Below, piece after piece: positions 26,101 to 40,860 of a stretch of 64,000 bases of DNA. Within the stretch, counting starts at the first letter, position 1. The number at the start of each line of letters is the position of its first letter. This stretch comes from the human T2T-CHM13v2.0 reference genome, Homo sapiens. The notes under the pieces were generated by a model, which did no database searches, had not been told where the DNA came from, and saw only the letters and a program-made list of their open reading frames with translations. Where the stretch lies: NCBI RefSeq assembly GCF_009914755.1, contig NC_060944.1; one strand, 5' to 3'. The position numbers and the translations under genes were made by a program.

Positions 26101-29100
26101 TGAATGGTAAGGAATGAAATGGAATGGAATGGAATGGTATGGAATGTAATGGAATGGAATGCAATGGAAAGGAATGCAATGGAATCAAAACGAGTGGAAT
26201 GGAATGGAATGGAAAGGAATGGAATGGAATTCAATAGAATCAACGCGAGTGGAATGGAATGCAAAGGAATTGAATGGAATGGAATGGAATGGAATGAAAT
26301 GGATTGGAATCAACCCGCGTGGAATGTAGTGGATTCGAATGGAATGGAATCAACCCGATAGGAATGGAATGAAATGGAATGGAATGCAATGGAATTGAAT
26401 GGAAAGGATTGGAGTCAACCCTACAGGAATGGAAGGGAATGGAATGGAAAGGAATGGAATGGAATGGACTGCAATGGAATCAACCCGACTGGACTGGAGT
26501 GGAATGGGATAGAATGGAATGGGATGGAATGGAATGGAATGGAATGGAATGGAATCAATGCAAGTGTAATTGAATGGAATGGAATGGAATGGAATGGAAT
26601 GGAATGGAATGGAGTGGAATTGATTGGAATTGATATGAATGGAATGGAATCAACTAGAATGGAACGGAATGGAATGGAATGGAATGGAATGGAATGGAAT
26701 GGAATGGAATCAACTAGAATGGAAAGGAATGGAATGGAATGCAATGGAATGGAATTGAATGGAATGGAATCAACCCTTGTGAAATGTAACGCAAAGCAAT
26801 GGAATGGAATGGAATGGAATGGAATGGAATGGAATGGAATCAATAAAACTGGAATGGAATGGAATGGAATACAACGGAATGGAATGGAATGGAATGGAAT
26901 GGAATGGAATGGAATGGAAAGGAATGGAATGGAATTCAATAGAATCAACGCGAGTGGAATGGAATGCAAAGGAATTGAATGGGATGGAATGGAATGGAAT
27001 GGAATGGAATGGAATGAAATGGATTGGAATCAACCCGCGTGGAATGTAGTGGATTCGAATGGAATGGAATCAACCCGATAGGAATGGAATGAAATGGAAT
27101 GGAATGCAATGGAATTGAATGGAAAGGATTGGAGTCAACCCTACAGGAATGGAAGGGAATGGAATGGAAAGGAATGGAATGGAATGGACTGCAATGGAAT
27201 CAACCCGACTGGACTGGAGTGGAATGGAATGGAATGGAATGGAATGGAATGGAATCAAATCGAATGGAATGGAATGGAATGGAATGGAATGGAATGGAAT
27301 GGAATGGAATGGAATGGATTCAATGTGAGAGGAATGGAATGGAATGGAGTGGAATGTAATGGAAAGAAATGTAATAGAATGGAACGGAATTCAATGGAAA
27401 GGATTGAAATGGAATGGAAAGGAATAAAATCAAGTGAAATTGGATGGAATGGATTGGAATGGAATGGAGTGGAATGGAATGGAATGGAATGGAATGGACT
27501 TCACACGAGTGCAACGGAATGGAATGGAATGGAACCAACCTGAGTGGAATGGAATGGAATGGAAATTAATGGAATGGAATGGAATGGAATAAACCCGAGT
27601 GGAATGGAATGGAATGCAATGGAATGCTTTGGAATGGTGTGGAATGGAATGGAATGGAATGCAATGGAATGGAATCAAAGCGAGTGGAATGGAATGGAAT
27701 GAAATGGAATGGAATGGAATCAACACGAGTGGAATGGAATGGAATGGAATGGGATGGGATGGAATGGAATGGAATGCAATGCAATGTAATCAACATGAGT
27801 AGAATGGAAAGGAATGGAATGGAATGGAATGGAATGCATTGGAATCCACCCGATTAGAATGGAAAGGAACGGCATGGAATGGAATGGAATGGAATGGAAT
27901 GGAATGGAATGGAATGGAATGGAATGGAAAGGAATGCAAGGGCATGGAATGGAATGGAGTCAACAGGAATGGAATGGAATGGAATGGAACCAACACGAGT
28001 GGAATGAAATGGAAAGGAGCGGAATGGACAGGAAAGGAATGGAAAGGAACTGAATGTAATGGAATCGAATGGAGTGGAATTGAATGGAATGGAATGGAAT
28101 CAATGTGAGTGAAATGGAATGGAATGGAACGGAATGGAGGGGAATGGAATGGAATGGAATGGAATGCAATGGAATCAATGCGAGTGCAATGGAATGGAAT
28201 GGAATGGAATGGAGTAAATAAAATGGAATTTATTTGAATGGAATAGAATAAACGGGAATGGAATGGAATAGAATGGAATGGAATGGAATGGAATGGTATG
28301 GAATGGAATGCCATGAAATGGAATGGAATGGAATGGAATTAACAAGAATGGAAAGGAATGGAATGGAATGGAATGGAATGGAATGGAATGGAATGGAGAG
28401 GAGGCAAACCGAGTGGAATGGAATCGATTGCAATGGAATAGAAAGGAATGGAATGGAACGGAATGGAATGCAACGGAATGGAGTGGAATGGAATGGAATG
28501 GAATGGAATGGAATGGAATGGAATGGAATCAATGCAAGTGTAATTGAATGGAATGGAATGGAATGGAATGGAATGGAATGGAATGGAATGGAGTGGAATT
28601 GATTGGAATTGATATGAATGGAATGGAATCAACTGGAATGGAACGGAATGGAATGGAATGGAATGGAATGGAATGGAATGGAATCAACTAGAATGGAAAG
28701 GAATGGAATGGAATGCAATGGAATGGAATTGAATGGAATGGAATCAACCCTTGTGAAATGTAACGCAAAGCAATGGAATGGAATGGAATGGAATGGAATG
28801 GAATGGAATGGAATGGAATGGAATGGAATGGAATCAATAAAAGTGGAATGGAATGGAATGGAATACAACGGAATGGAATGGAATGGAATGGAATGGAATA
28901 GAATGGAATGGAATACTCCGGAGTGGAATGGAATGGAATGGAATGCAATGGATTCGATTGGAATTTAACTAACCCGATTGGAATGGAGTGGAATGGAATG
29001 GAATGGAACGGAAAGAAGCCGATTGGTATGCAGTGGACTGCAAAGGCATGGAATTGAAAGGGATGGAATGGAATGGAATGGAATGGAATCAACCCGAGTG

Positions 29101-32100
29101 GAATGGAATGGAATGGAATGGAATGGAAAAGAATGGAATGGAATGCACTCAACCCGAGTGCAATGGAATGGGGTGGAATGGAATGGGGTGGAATGGAATG
29201 GAATGGAATGGAAAGGATTGGAATGGAATGGAATCGAATGCAATGGAATGGAATAGCGTGGAATGTAATGGAATGTAATGGAAAGGAATCAAGCCAGGTG
29301 GAATCGAAAGGAATGGAATGGAATTGAATGCAATGGAATTGAATGGAATCAACCCGAGTGGAATGTAATGGCATGGAATGGAGTGGAATCGAATGGAAAG
29401 GATTCAACGCGATTGGAAAGGAATGGAATGGAATGGAATGGAATCAACCCGAGTGGAATGGAGTGCAACGGAATGGAATGAAATGGAATGGAATGGAATG
29501 GAATGGAATCAACGTGATTGTAAAGGAATAAAATGAAATGGAATGAAATGGAATGCAATTCAATCAACTCGATTGGAAAGGAATGGTTGGAATGGAAATG
29601 AAAGGCATGGAATGGAATAAAATCAACCCGAATGGAATGGAATGGAATGGAATTTAATGGAATGGAATGGAATGGAATCACCCCGAGAGGAATTGAATGG
29701 AATGGAATGGAATGGAAAGGAAGGGAATGGATTCAATCGAAATGGAATGGAATGGAATGGATTGGAATGGAAAGGAATTGAATGGAATAAACTGAAGAGG
29801 AATGGTATAGAATGGAATGGAATGGATTGGAAGGGAATGGAATGGGAAGGAATGGAATCAACTAGAATGGAAAGGAATTGAATGGAATGGAATGGAATAA
29901 ACAAATGTGGAATGGAAGGGAATGGAATAGAATTGAATGGAATGGAATGGAAAGCATTGGAGTCAACCCGAATGAAATCGAATGGAATGGAATGCAATGG
30001 AATGGAAAGGAATGGAATGGAATGGAATGGAATGGAATGGAATGGAATGGAATAGAAAGGAATGGAATGGAATGGAATGGAATGGGTTGGAATGGAATCA
30101 AACCGAGTGGATTGGAATGCAATTGAATGTAATGGAATGGAATAAACTGCAATTGAAAGGAATGGAATGGAATGTAATGGAAACAACCAGAGAGGAATGT
30201 AATTGAATGGAATGGAATGGAATGGAATGGAATCAACCCGAGTGGAATTGAATTGAATGGAATGGAATGGAATGGAATCAACGCGAGTGGAATGGAATGG
30301 AATGAATTGAATGGAATTAACCCGCGTGAAATGGAATGGAAAGGAATGGAATGGAATTTAATGGAATTGAATGGAATGGAATGGAATCAACCTGAGTGGA
30401 ATGTAATGAAATGGAATGGAATGGAAAGCAATGGAATTGAATGGAATCAACCAGAGTTGAATGGAATTGAATGGAATGGAATGGATTGGAATCAACCCAA
30501 ATGGAATGGAATGGAATGGTATTGAATGGAATTACCCGAGTGAAATGGCATGGAAAGGAACGGAATAGAATTTAATTGAATAGAATGGAATGGAATGGAA
30601 TCAACCCGAGTGGAATTGAATGGAATGAAATGGAATGCAATGTAATGGAATGGAATGGAACCAATAAGAGTGGAATGGATTGGAATGAAATGGAATGGAA
30701 TGAAAGGGAATGGAATCAACCCGAGTGGAATGGATGGAATGGAATGGAATGGAATGGAAAGGAATGGAAAGGAATACACCAGATTGGAATGGAATAGAAT
30801 GGAATGGAATGGAGTGGAATCAACCCCAGTGGAATGGAATGGAATGGAATGGAATGGAATGGAATGGAATGGAATGGAATGGAATGGAATTGAAAGGAAT
30901 GGAATCAATCCGACAGGAATGGAAAGGAATGGAATAGAATGAAATGGAATGGAATGGCATGGAATGGAATGGAATCAATCCGAGTGGAATGGAATGGAAT
31001 GGAATGGAATGGAATAGAATGGATTTGAATGGAATGGAATCAACCCGAGTGGAATGGAAAAGAATGGAATGCAATCGAATGGAATGCATTGGAATGGAAT
31101 GGACTGGAATGGAATCAACCCGAGTGGAATGGAATTGAATGGAATGGAATGGAATGCAAAGGATTGCAATCAAACCGAGTGGAACAGAGTAGAATGGAAT
31201 GGAAGGGAATGGAATGGAATAAACTGGAGTGGAATGGATTGGAATGGAATGGAGTGGAGTGGAATGGAATGGAATGGAATGGAATGTATTGGAATGGAAT
31301 GGAATTAAACCGATTGAAATGGAGTGGAATGGAATAGAATGGAATGGAATGGAAAGAAACGGATTGGAATGCAGTGGACTGGAAAGAAATGGAATTGAAT
31401 GCAATGGAATGGAAAGGAATGGAAAGCAATGGAATGGAATGGAATGGAATGGAATGGAATGGAATGGAATGGAATGGAATTTAATGGAATGGAATGGAAT
31501 GGAATCAATCCGAGTGGTATGCAATGGAGTGGAATGGATTGGAATGCAATGCAATCAACCCGAGTGTTATGCAAAGGAGTGGAATGGAGTGGAATGGGAT
31601 GGAATGCAGTCAACACGCGTGGAATGGAATGGATAGTAATGGAATGGAATGGAATGGAATGGAATGAAACCGAGTGGAATGGAATGGAATCAACCCGAAT
31701 GGAATGGAATGGAATGGAATTGAGTGGAATCAACACGAGTGGAATGGAATGGAAAGGAATGGAATACAATGGAATGCAATGGCATGGAATGGAATGGAAT
31801 GGAGTGCAACGGAATAGAATGGAATGGAATGGAATTGATTACAATGCGATGGAAAGGAATGGAAAGGAACCACCTGAAATGCAAAGGAATAGAATGGAAT
31901 GCAATGGAATGGAATGGAATGGAATGGAATCAACCCGAGTGGAACGGAATGCAAAGGAACGGAATGGAGTGGAATGGAATTGAATGGAAAGGAACTCAAT
32001 GGAATGGAATGGAATAGAGTGGAATGGAATGGCATGAAATGGAATGGAATCAATGCGAGTGTAATGCAATGGAATGGAATGGAATGGAGTGGAATGGAAT

Positions 32101-35010
32101 GGAATGAAAAGGAATGGAATCAATGCAAGTGTAATGGAATGGAATATAATGGAGTGGAATAGAATGGAATGGAATGGAATGGAGTGGAATAAACTGGAAT
32201 GGAATGGAATGGAACAGAATGGAATGGAATTGAATGGAATGGAATCAACTAGAATGGAAAGGAATGGAATGGAATGGAATGCAATGGAATGGACTGGAAT
32301 GGAATCACCCCGTGTGGAATGTAATGCAAAGGAATGGAATGGAATGGAATGGAATCAACAAAAGTGTAATGGAAGGGAATGGAACAGAATGGAATGGAAA
32401 GCAATGCAGTCAACACGAATGGAATCGAATGGAGTGGAATCTAATGGAATGGAATGGAATGGAATGGAATGGAATGGAATGGAATGGGATAGAATGGAAT
32501 CAAACCGAGGGGAGTGGAATGGAATTGATGGTAATGGAATGGAATAAATTGGAATGGAAAAGAATGGAATGGAACGGAATGGAATCAACCAGAGTGCAAT
32601 GGAATTGAATGGAATGGAATGGAATGGAATCAACCCAAGTGGAATGGAATTGAATGGAATGGAATGGAATGGAATCAACCCGAGTGGAATGGAATGGAAT
32701 GGAATTGAATGGAATTAACCCGAGTGAAATGGAATAGAAAGGAACGGAATGGAATTTAATGGAATAGAAAGGAATGGAATGGAATGGAATGGAATGGAAT
32801 GGAATGGAATGGAATGCAAAGGAATGGAAAGGAATGGAATGGAATGGAATTGAATGGAGTCAATGCAAGTGTAATTGAATGGAATGGAATGGAATGGAAT
32901 CAACAAAAGTGGAATGGAAGGGAATGGAATAGAATGGAATGGAATGGAATGGAAAGCAATGGAGTCAATGCGAATGGAATCGAATAGAATGGAATGCAAA
33001 GGAATGGAATGGAATGGAATGCAATGGAATGGAATGGGATGGGATGGAATGGAAACAAACCGAGTGGAGTGGAATGGAATTGAATGGAATGGAATGGAAT
33101 TAATTGGAATGGAAAGGAATGGAATAGAATGGAATGGAATGGAATGGAATGGAATGGAATGGAATGGAATGGAATGGTATCAACCCGAGTGGAATGGAAA
33201 AGAATGGAATGCAATGGAATGGAATGCATTGCAATGCAATGGATTGGAATGGAATCAACCCGAGTGGAATGGAATTGAATGGAATGGAATGGAATGCAAA
33301 GAAATGCAATCAAACCGAGTGGAAAAGAGTCGAATGGAATGGAAGGGAATGGAATGGAATAAACTGGAGTGGAATGGATTGGAATGGAATGGAGTGGAGT
33401 GGAATGGAATGGAATGGAATGGAATGGAATGGAATTAAACCGATTGAAATGGAGTGGAATGGAATAGAATGGAATGGAATGGAAAGAAACCGATTGGAAC
33501 GCAGTGGACTGGAAAGAAATGGAATTGAATGCAATGGAATGGAAAGGAATGGAAAGCAATGGAATGGAATGGAATGGAATGGAATGGAATGGAATGGAAT
33601 GGAATTTAATGAAATGGAATGGAATGGAATGGAATGGAATGGAATGGAATGGAATGGAATCAACCCGAGTGGTAAGCAATGGAGTGGAATGGAATGGAAT
33701 GGAATGGAATGGAATGGAATGGAATGGAATGGCATGGAATGGAAAGGAATGGACTGGAATGGAATAAATTGCAGTGGAATGGTATGGAATGCAAAGTAAT
33801 ATAATGAAAATGAGTGGAATTCACCAAAATGGAAGGAAAGGAATGGAATGGAATGGAATGAATGGAAGGATTGGAAAGGAATCATCCCTAGTGGAATGGA
33901 AAGGAATGGAATGGAATGGAATGGAATGGAATGGAATGGAATGGAATCACACCATGTGGAATGGAAAGAATGGAATGGAATGGAAAGCAATGGCATGGAA
34001 TGGAATGGAAAGGAATCGAATGGAATGGAATGGAATCAACCAGGTTGAAATGTAATGGAATGAAATGGAATGGAATGGAATGGAATGGAATGGAATGGAA
34101 TGGAATGGAATGGAATGAAATGGATTGGAATCAACCTGCGTGGAATGTAGTGCATTCGAATGGAATGGAATCAACCCGATAGGAATGGAATGAAATGGAA
34201 TGGAATGCAATGGAACTGAATGGAAAGGAATGGAGTCAATCTTACTGGAATGGAAGGGAATGGAATGGAAAGGAATGGAATGGAATGGAATGCAATGGAA
34301 TCAACCCGACTGGACTGGAATGGAATGGAATGGAATGGAATGAAATGGAGTCAAACCGACTGGAATGGAATGGAATGGATTGGAATGGAATGGAATGGAA
34401 TCAACTCGAATGGAATGGAATGGAATGGAATGGAATGGAATGGAATGGAATGGAATCCACCCACGTGGAATGGAATGGATTGGAATGGATTTTAATGAAT
34501 GGAATGGAATGGAATGGACTTCACACGAGTGCAACGGAATGGAATGGAATGCAATGGAACCAACCCGAGTGGAATGGAATGGAATGGAAATTAATGGAAT
34601 GGAATGGAATGCAATCAACCCGAGGGAATGGAATGGAATGCAATGAAATGGTTTGGAATGGTGTGGAATGGAATGGAATGGAATGCAATGGAATGGAATC
34701 AAAGCGAGTGGAATGGAATGGAATGAAATGGAATGGAATGGAATCAACACGACTGGAATGGAAGGGAATGGAATGGGATGGGATGGAATGGAATGGAATG
34801 CAATGCAATGGAATCAACCAGAGTAGAATTGAAAGGAATGGAATGGAATGGAATGGAATGCAATGTAATCCACCCGATTAGAATGGAAAGGAATGGCATG
34901 GCATGGCATGGAATGGAATGGAATGGAATGGAATGGAATGGAATAGAATGGAATGGAATGCAAGGGCATGGAATGGAATGGAGTCAACTGGAATGGAATG
35001 GAATGGAATG
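23110..35010 (+). repeat. Dispersed ~12 kb duplicate of upstream array (3.3-~11.9 kb joined to ~16.1-19.07 kb)
   Basis: Matching ORF translations occur at 3867/23670, 5611/25529, 6176/26104, 7137/27790, 8330/28978, 9968/30576 and 11286/31899 (offset ~19.8-20.65 kb), then at 17840/33774, 18598/34521 and 18810/34733 (offset ~15.9 kb). Confidence 0.87.
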
Positions 35011-36710
35011 GAATCAACACAAATAGAATGAAATGGAAAGGAGTGGAATGGACAGGAAAGGAATGGAAAGGATCTAAATGTAATGGAATCGAATGGAGTG
35101 GAATTGAATGGAATGGAATGGAATCAATGTGAGTGAAATGGAATGGAATGGAACGGAATGGAGGGGAATGGAATGGAATTGAATGGAATGCAATGGAATC
35201 AATGCGAGTGCAATGGAATGGAATGGAATGGAATGGAATGGAATGGAATGGAATGCAGTAAATAAAATGGAATTTATTTGAATGGAATGGAATCAACTGG
35301 AATAGAATGGAATGGAATGGAATGGAATGCCATGGAATGGAATGGAATGGAATTAACAAGACTGGAAAGGAATGGAATGGAATGGAATGGAATGGAGAGG
35401 AGGCAAACTGAGTGGAATGGAATGGACTGCAATGGAATGGAAAGGAATGGAATGGAATGGAATGGAATGCAATGTAATCCACCCGATTAGAATGGAAAGG
35501 AATGGCATGGAATGGAATGGAATGGAATCGAATGGAATGGAATGGAATGGAATGGAATAGAATGGAATGGAATGCAAGGGCATGGAATGGAATGGAGTCA
35601 ACTGGAATGGAATGGAATGGAATGGAATCAACACGAATAGAATGAAATGGAAAGGAGTGGAATGGACAGGAAAGGAATGGAAAGGATCTAAATGTAATGG
35701 AATCGAATGGAGTGGAATTGAATGGAATGGAATGGAATCAATGTGAGTGAAATGGAATGGAATGGAACGGAATGGAGGGGAATGGAATGGAATGGAATGG
35801 AATGCAATGGAATCAATGCGAGTGCAATGGAATGGAATGGAATGGAATGGAATGGAATGGAATGGAATGTAGTAAATAAAATGGAATTTATTTGAATGGA
35901 ATGGAATCAACTGGAATAGAATGGAATGGAATGGAATGGAATGCCATGGAATGGAATGGAATGGAATTAACAAGACTGGAAAGGAATGGAATGGAATGGA
36001 ATGGAATGGAGAGGAGGCAAACTGAGTGGAATGGAATGGACTGCAATGGAATGGAAAGGAATGGAATGGAATGGAATGGAATGCAATGTAATCCACCCGA
36101 TTAGAATGGAAAGGAATGGCATGGAATGGAATGGAATGGAATGGAATGGAATGGAATGGAATGGAATAGAATGGAATGGAATGCAAGGGCATGGAATGGA
36201 ATGGAGTCAACTGGAATGGAATGGAATGGAATGGAATCAACACGAATAGAATGAAATGGAAAGGAGTGGAATGGACAGGAAAGGAATGGAAAGGATCTAA
36301 ATGTAATGGAATCGAATGGAGTGGAATTGAATGGAATGGAATGGAATCAATGTGAGTGAAATGGAATGGAATGGAACGGAATGGAGGGGAATGGAATGGA
36401 ATGGAATGGAATGCAATGGAATCAATGCGAGTGCAATGGAATGGAATGGAATGGAATGGAATGGAATGCAGTAAATAAAATGGAATTTATTTGAATGGAA
36501 TGGAATCAACTGGAATAGAATGGAATGGAATGGAATGGAATGGAATGGAATGGAATGGAATGGAATGCCATGGAATGGAATGGAATGGAATTAACAAGAA
36601 TGGAAAGGAATGGAATGGAATGGAATGGAATGGAGAGGAAGCAAACTGAGTGGAAAGGAATGGACTGCAATGGAATGGAAAGGAATGGAATGGAATGGAA
36701 TGGAATGCAA
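34830..36710 (+). repeat. Tandem triplication of a ~610 bp satellite segment
   Basis: The marker caatgtaatccacccgattag occurs at 34861, 35470 and 36084 (spacing 609, 614). The private variant aaggatctaaatg occurs three times (~35070, ~35685, ~36290). ORFs 35278 and 35892 are identical. Confidence 0.93.
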
Positions 36711-38469
36711 CGGAATGGAGTGGAATGGAATGGAATGGAATGGACTGGAATGGAATGGAATGGAATCAATGCAAGTGTAATGGAATGGAATGGAATGGAA
36801 TAGAATGGAGTGGAATTGATTGAAGTTGATATGAATGGAATGGAATCAACTGGAATGGAACAGAATGGAATGGAATGGAATGGAAGCAACTAGAATGGAA
36901 AGGAATGGAATGGAATGCAATGGAATGGAATGGAATGGAATCAACAAAAGTGGAATGAAATGGAATGGAATACAACGGAATGGAATGGAATGGAATGGAA
37001 TAAACCAGAGTGGAATGGAATGGAATGGAATGCAAAGGTTTCGTTTGGAATTTAATTAACCCGATTGGAATGGAGTGGAGTGGATTGTAATGGAATGGAA
37101 AGAAGCCGATTGGAATGCAGTGGACTGCAAAGGAATGGAATTGAAAAAGATGGAATGGAATGGAATGGAATGGAATGCAATGGAATGGAATTGAATGAAA
37201 TGGAATCAACCCGAGTGGAATGGAATGGAATGGAATGGAAAAGAATGGAATGGAATACAATCAACCCGAGTGGAATGGAATGGAGTGGAATGGAATGGAA
37301 TGGATTGGAATGGAATGGAATCGAATGCAATGGAATGGAATAGCGTGGAATGAAATGGAATGCAATGGAAAGGAATCAAGCCAGGTGGAATTGAAAGGAA
37401 TGGAATGCAATTGAATGCAAAGGAATTGAATGGAATCAACCCGAGTGGAATGTAATGGTATGGAATGGAGTGGAATGGAATGGAAAGGAATGGAATGGAT
37501 TCAACGCAATTGGAAAGGAATGGAATGGAATGGAATGGAATCAACCCGAGTGGAATGGAGTGCAACGGAATGGAATGAAATGGAATGGAATGGAATGGAA
37601 TGGAATCAACGTGATTGTAAAGGAATAAAATGAAATGGAATGAAATGGAATGCAATTGAATCAACTCGATTGGAAAGGAATGGTTGGAATGGAAATGAAA
37701 GGAATGGAATGGAATGAAATCAATCCGAATGGAATGGAATGGAATGGAATGGAATTCAATGGCATGGAATGGAATAGAATGGAATCACCCCGAGTGGAAT
37801 TGAATGGAATGGAATGGAATGGAAGGGAAGGGAATGGAATGGAATGGATTCAAACCAAATGGAATGGAATGGAATGGATTGGAATGGAATGGAATTGAAT
37901 GGAATAAACTGAAGTGGAATGGTATAGAATGGAAAGGAATGGATTGGAATGGAATGGAATGGGAAGGAATGGAATCAAATAGAATGGAAAGGAATGGAAT
38001 GGAATGGAATGCAGTGGAATGGAATGGAATGGAATCAACCCCTGTGGAATGTAATGCAAAGGAATGGAATGGAAATGAATGGAATAAACAAAAGTGGAAT
38101 GGAAGGGAATGGAATAGAATTGAATGGAATGGAATGGAAAGCACTGGAGTCAACCCGAATGGAATCGAATGGAATGCAATGCAATGGAATGGAATGGAAT
38201 AGAATGCAATGGAATGGAATGGAATGGAATGGAATGGGATGGAATGGAATCAAACCGAGTGGTGTGGAATGGAATTGAATGGAATGGAATGGAATAAACT
38301 GCAATTGAAAGGAATGGAATGGAATGTAATGGAAACAACCAGAGTGGAATGGAATTGAATGGAATGGAATGGAATGCAATGGAATGAAATGGAACCAATA
38401 AGAGTGGTATGGATTGGAATGGAATGGAATGGAATGAAAGTTAATGGAAAGAACCCGAATGGAATGGAA

Positions 38470-40860
38470 TGGAATGGAATGGAATGGAATGGAATGGAAA
38501 TGAATGGAAAGGAATACACCAGAGTGGAATGGAATAGAATGGAATGGAATGGAATGGAATGGAATGGAATGGAATGGAATGGAATGGAATGGAATGGAAT
38601 GGAATTGAAAGGAATGGAATCAATCTGACAGGAATGGAATAGAATGAAATGGAATGGAATGGCATGGAATGCAATGGAATCAACCAGAGTGGAGTGGATT
38701 TGAATAGAATGGAAGGGAATAGAATGGATTTGAATGGAATGGAATCAACCCGAGTGGAATGGAAAAGAATGGAATGCAATGGAATGGAATGCATTGGAAG
38801 GGAATAGAATGGAACGAAATCAACCCGAGTGGAATTGAATTGAATGGAATGGAAAGGAATGCAAAAGAATGCAATCAAACCGAGTGGAACAGAGTAGAAT
38901 GGAATGGAAGGGAATGGAATGGAATAAACTGGAGTGGAATGGATTGGAGTGGATGGAATGGAATGGAATGGAATGGAATGGAATGGAATGTATTGGAATG
39001 GAATGGAATTAAACCGATTGAAATGGAGTGGAATGGAATAGAATGGAATGCAATGGAAAGAAACGGGTTGGAATGCAGTGGACTGGAAAGAAATGGAATT
39101 GAATGGAATGGAATGAAAAGGAATGGAAAGCAATGGAATGGAATGGAATGGAATCAACACGAATGGAATGGAATTTAATGGAATGGAATTGAATGGAATG
39201 GAATGGACTGCAATTTAATGTAATGGAATGGAATGGAATGGAATCAACCCGAGTGGTATGCCATGGAGTGGAATGGAATGGAATTGAATGGAATCAACCC
39301 GAGTGTTATGCAAAGGAGTGGAATGGAATGGAATGGGGTGGAATGCACTCAACACGAGTAGAATGGAATGGATTGTAATGGAACGGAATGGAACGGAATG
39401 CAATCAAACCGAATGGAATGGAATGGAATCAACCCGAGTGGAATGGAATGGAATGGAATGGATTGGAATTGAGTGGAATCAACACGAGTGGAATGGAATG
39501 GAAAGGAATGGAATGGAATGGAATGCAATGGCATGGAATGGAATGGAATGGAGTGCAACGGAATAGAATGGAATGGAATGGAATGGAATTGATTGGAATG
39601 CGATGGAAAGGAATGGAAAGGAACCACCTCAAATGCAAAGGAATAGAATGGAATGCAATGGAATGGAATGGAATGGAATGGAATGGAAATGAATGGAAAG
39701 GAATACACCAGAGTGGAATGGAATAGAATGGAATGGAATGGAATGGAATGGAATGGAATGGAATGGAATGGAATGGAATGGAATTGAAAGGAATGGAATC
39801 AATCTGACAGGAATGGAATAGAATGAAATGGAATGGAATGGCATGGAATGCAATGGAATCAACCAGAGTGGAGTGGATTTGAATAGAATGGAAGGGAATA
39901 GAATGGATTTGAATGGAATGGAATCAACCCGAGTGGAATGGAAAAGAATGGAATGCAATGGAATGGAATGCATTGGAAGGGAATAGAATGGAACGAAATC
40001 AACCCGAGTGGAATTGAATTGAATGGAATGGAAAGGAATGCAAAAGAATGCAATCAAACCGAGTGGAACAGAGTAGAATGGAATGGAAGGGAATGGAATG
40101 GAATAAACTGGAGTGGAATGGATTGGAGTGGAATGGAATGGAATGGAATGGAATGGAATGGAATGGAATGTATTGGAATGGAATGGAATTAAACCGATTG
40201 AAATGGAGTGGAATGGAATAGAATGGAATGGAATGGAAAGAAACGGGTTGGAATGCAGTGGACTGGAAAGAAATGGAATTGAATGGAATGGAATGAAAAG
40301 GAATGGAAAGCAATGGAATGGAATGGAATGGAATCAACACGAATGGAATGGAATTTAATGGAATGGAATTGAATGGAATGGAATGGACTGCAATTTAATG
40401 TAATGGAAAGGAATGGAATGGAATCAACCCGAGTGGTATGCCATGGAGTGGAATGGAATGGAATTGAATGGAATCAACCCGAGTGTTATGCAAAGGAGTG
40501 GAATGGAATGGAATGGGGTGGAATGCACTCAACACGAGTAGAATGGAATGGATTGTAATGGAACGGAATGGAACGGAATGCAATCAAACCGAATGGAATG
40601 GAATGGAATCAACCCGAGTGGAATGGAATGGAATGGAATGGATTGGAATTGAGTGGAATCAACACGAGTGGAATGGAATGGAAAGGAATGGAATGGAATG
40701 GAATGCAATGGCATGGAATGGAATGGAATGGAGTGCAACGGAATAGAATGGAATGGAATGGAATGGAATTGATTGGAATGCGATGGAAAGGAATGGAAAG
40801 GAACCACCTCAAATGCAAAGGAATAGAATGGAATGCAATGGAATGGAATGGAATGGAATG
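38470..40860 (+). repeat. Tandem duplication of a ~1.18 kb satellite segment
   Basis: ORFs are identical or near-identical at 38680/39859, 39193/40373, 39215/40395 and 39288/40468 (offset 1179-1180). Private markers caatctgacagg, aaacgggttgg and gaaccacctcaaatgc each occur twice. Confidence 0.93.
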
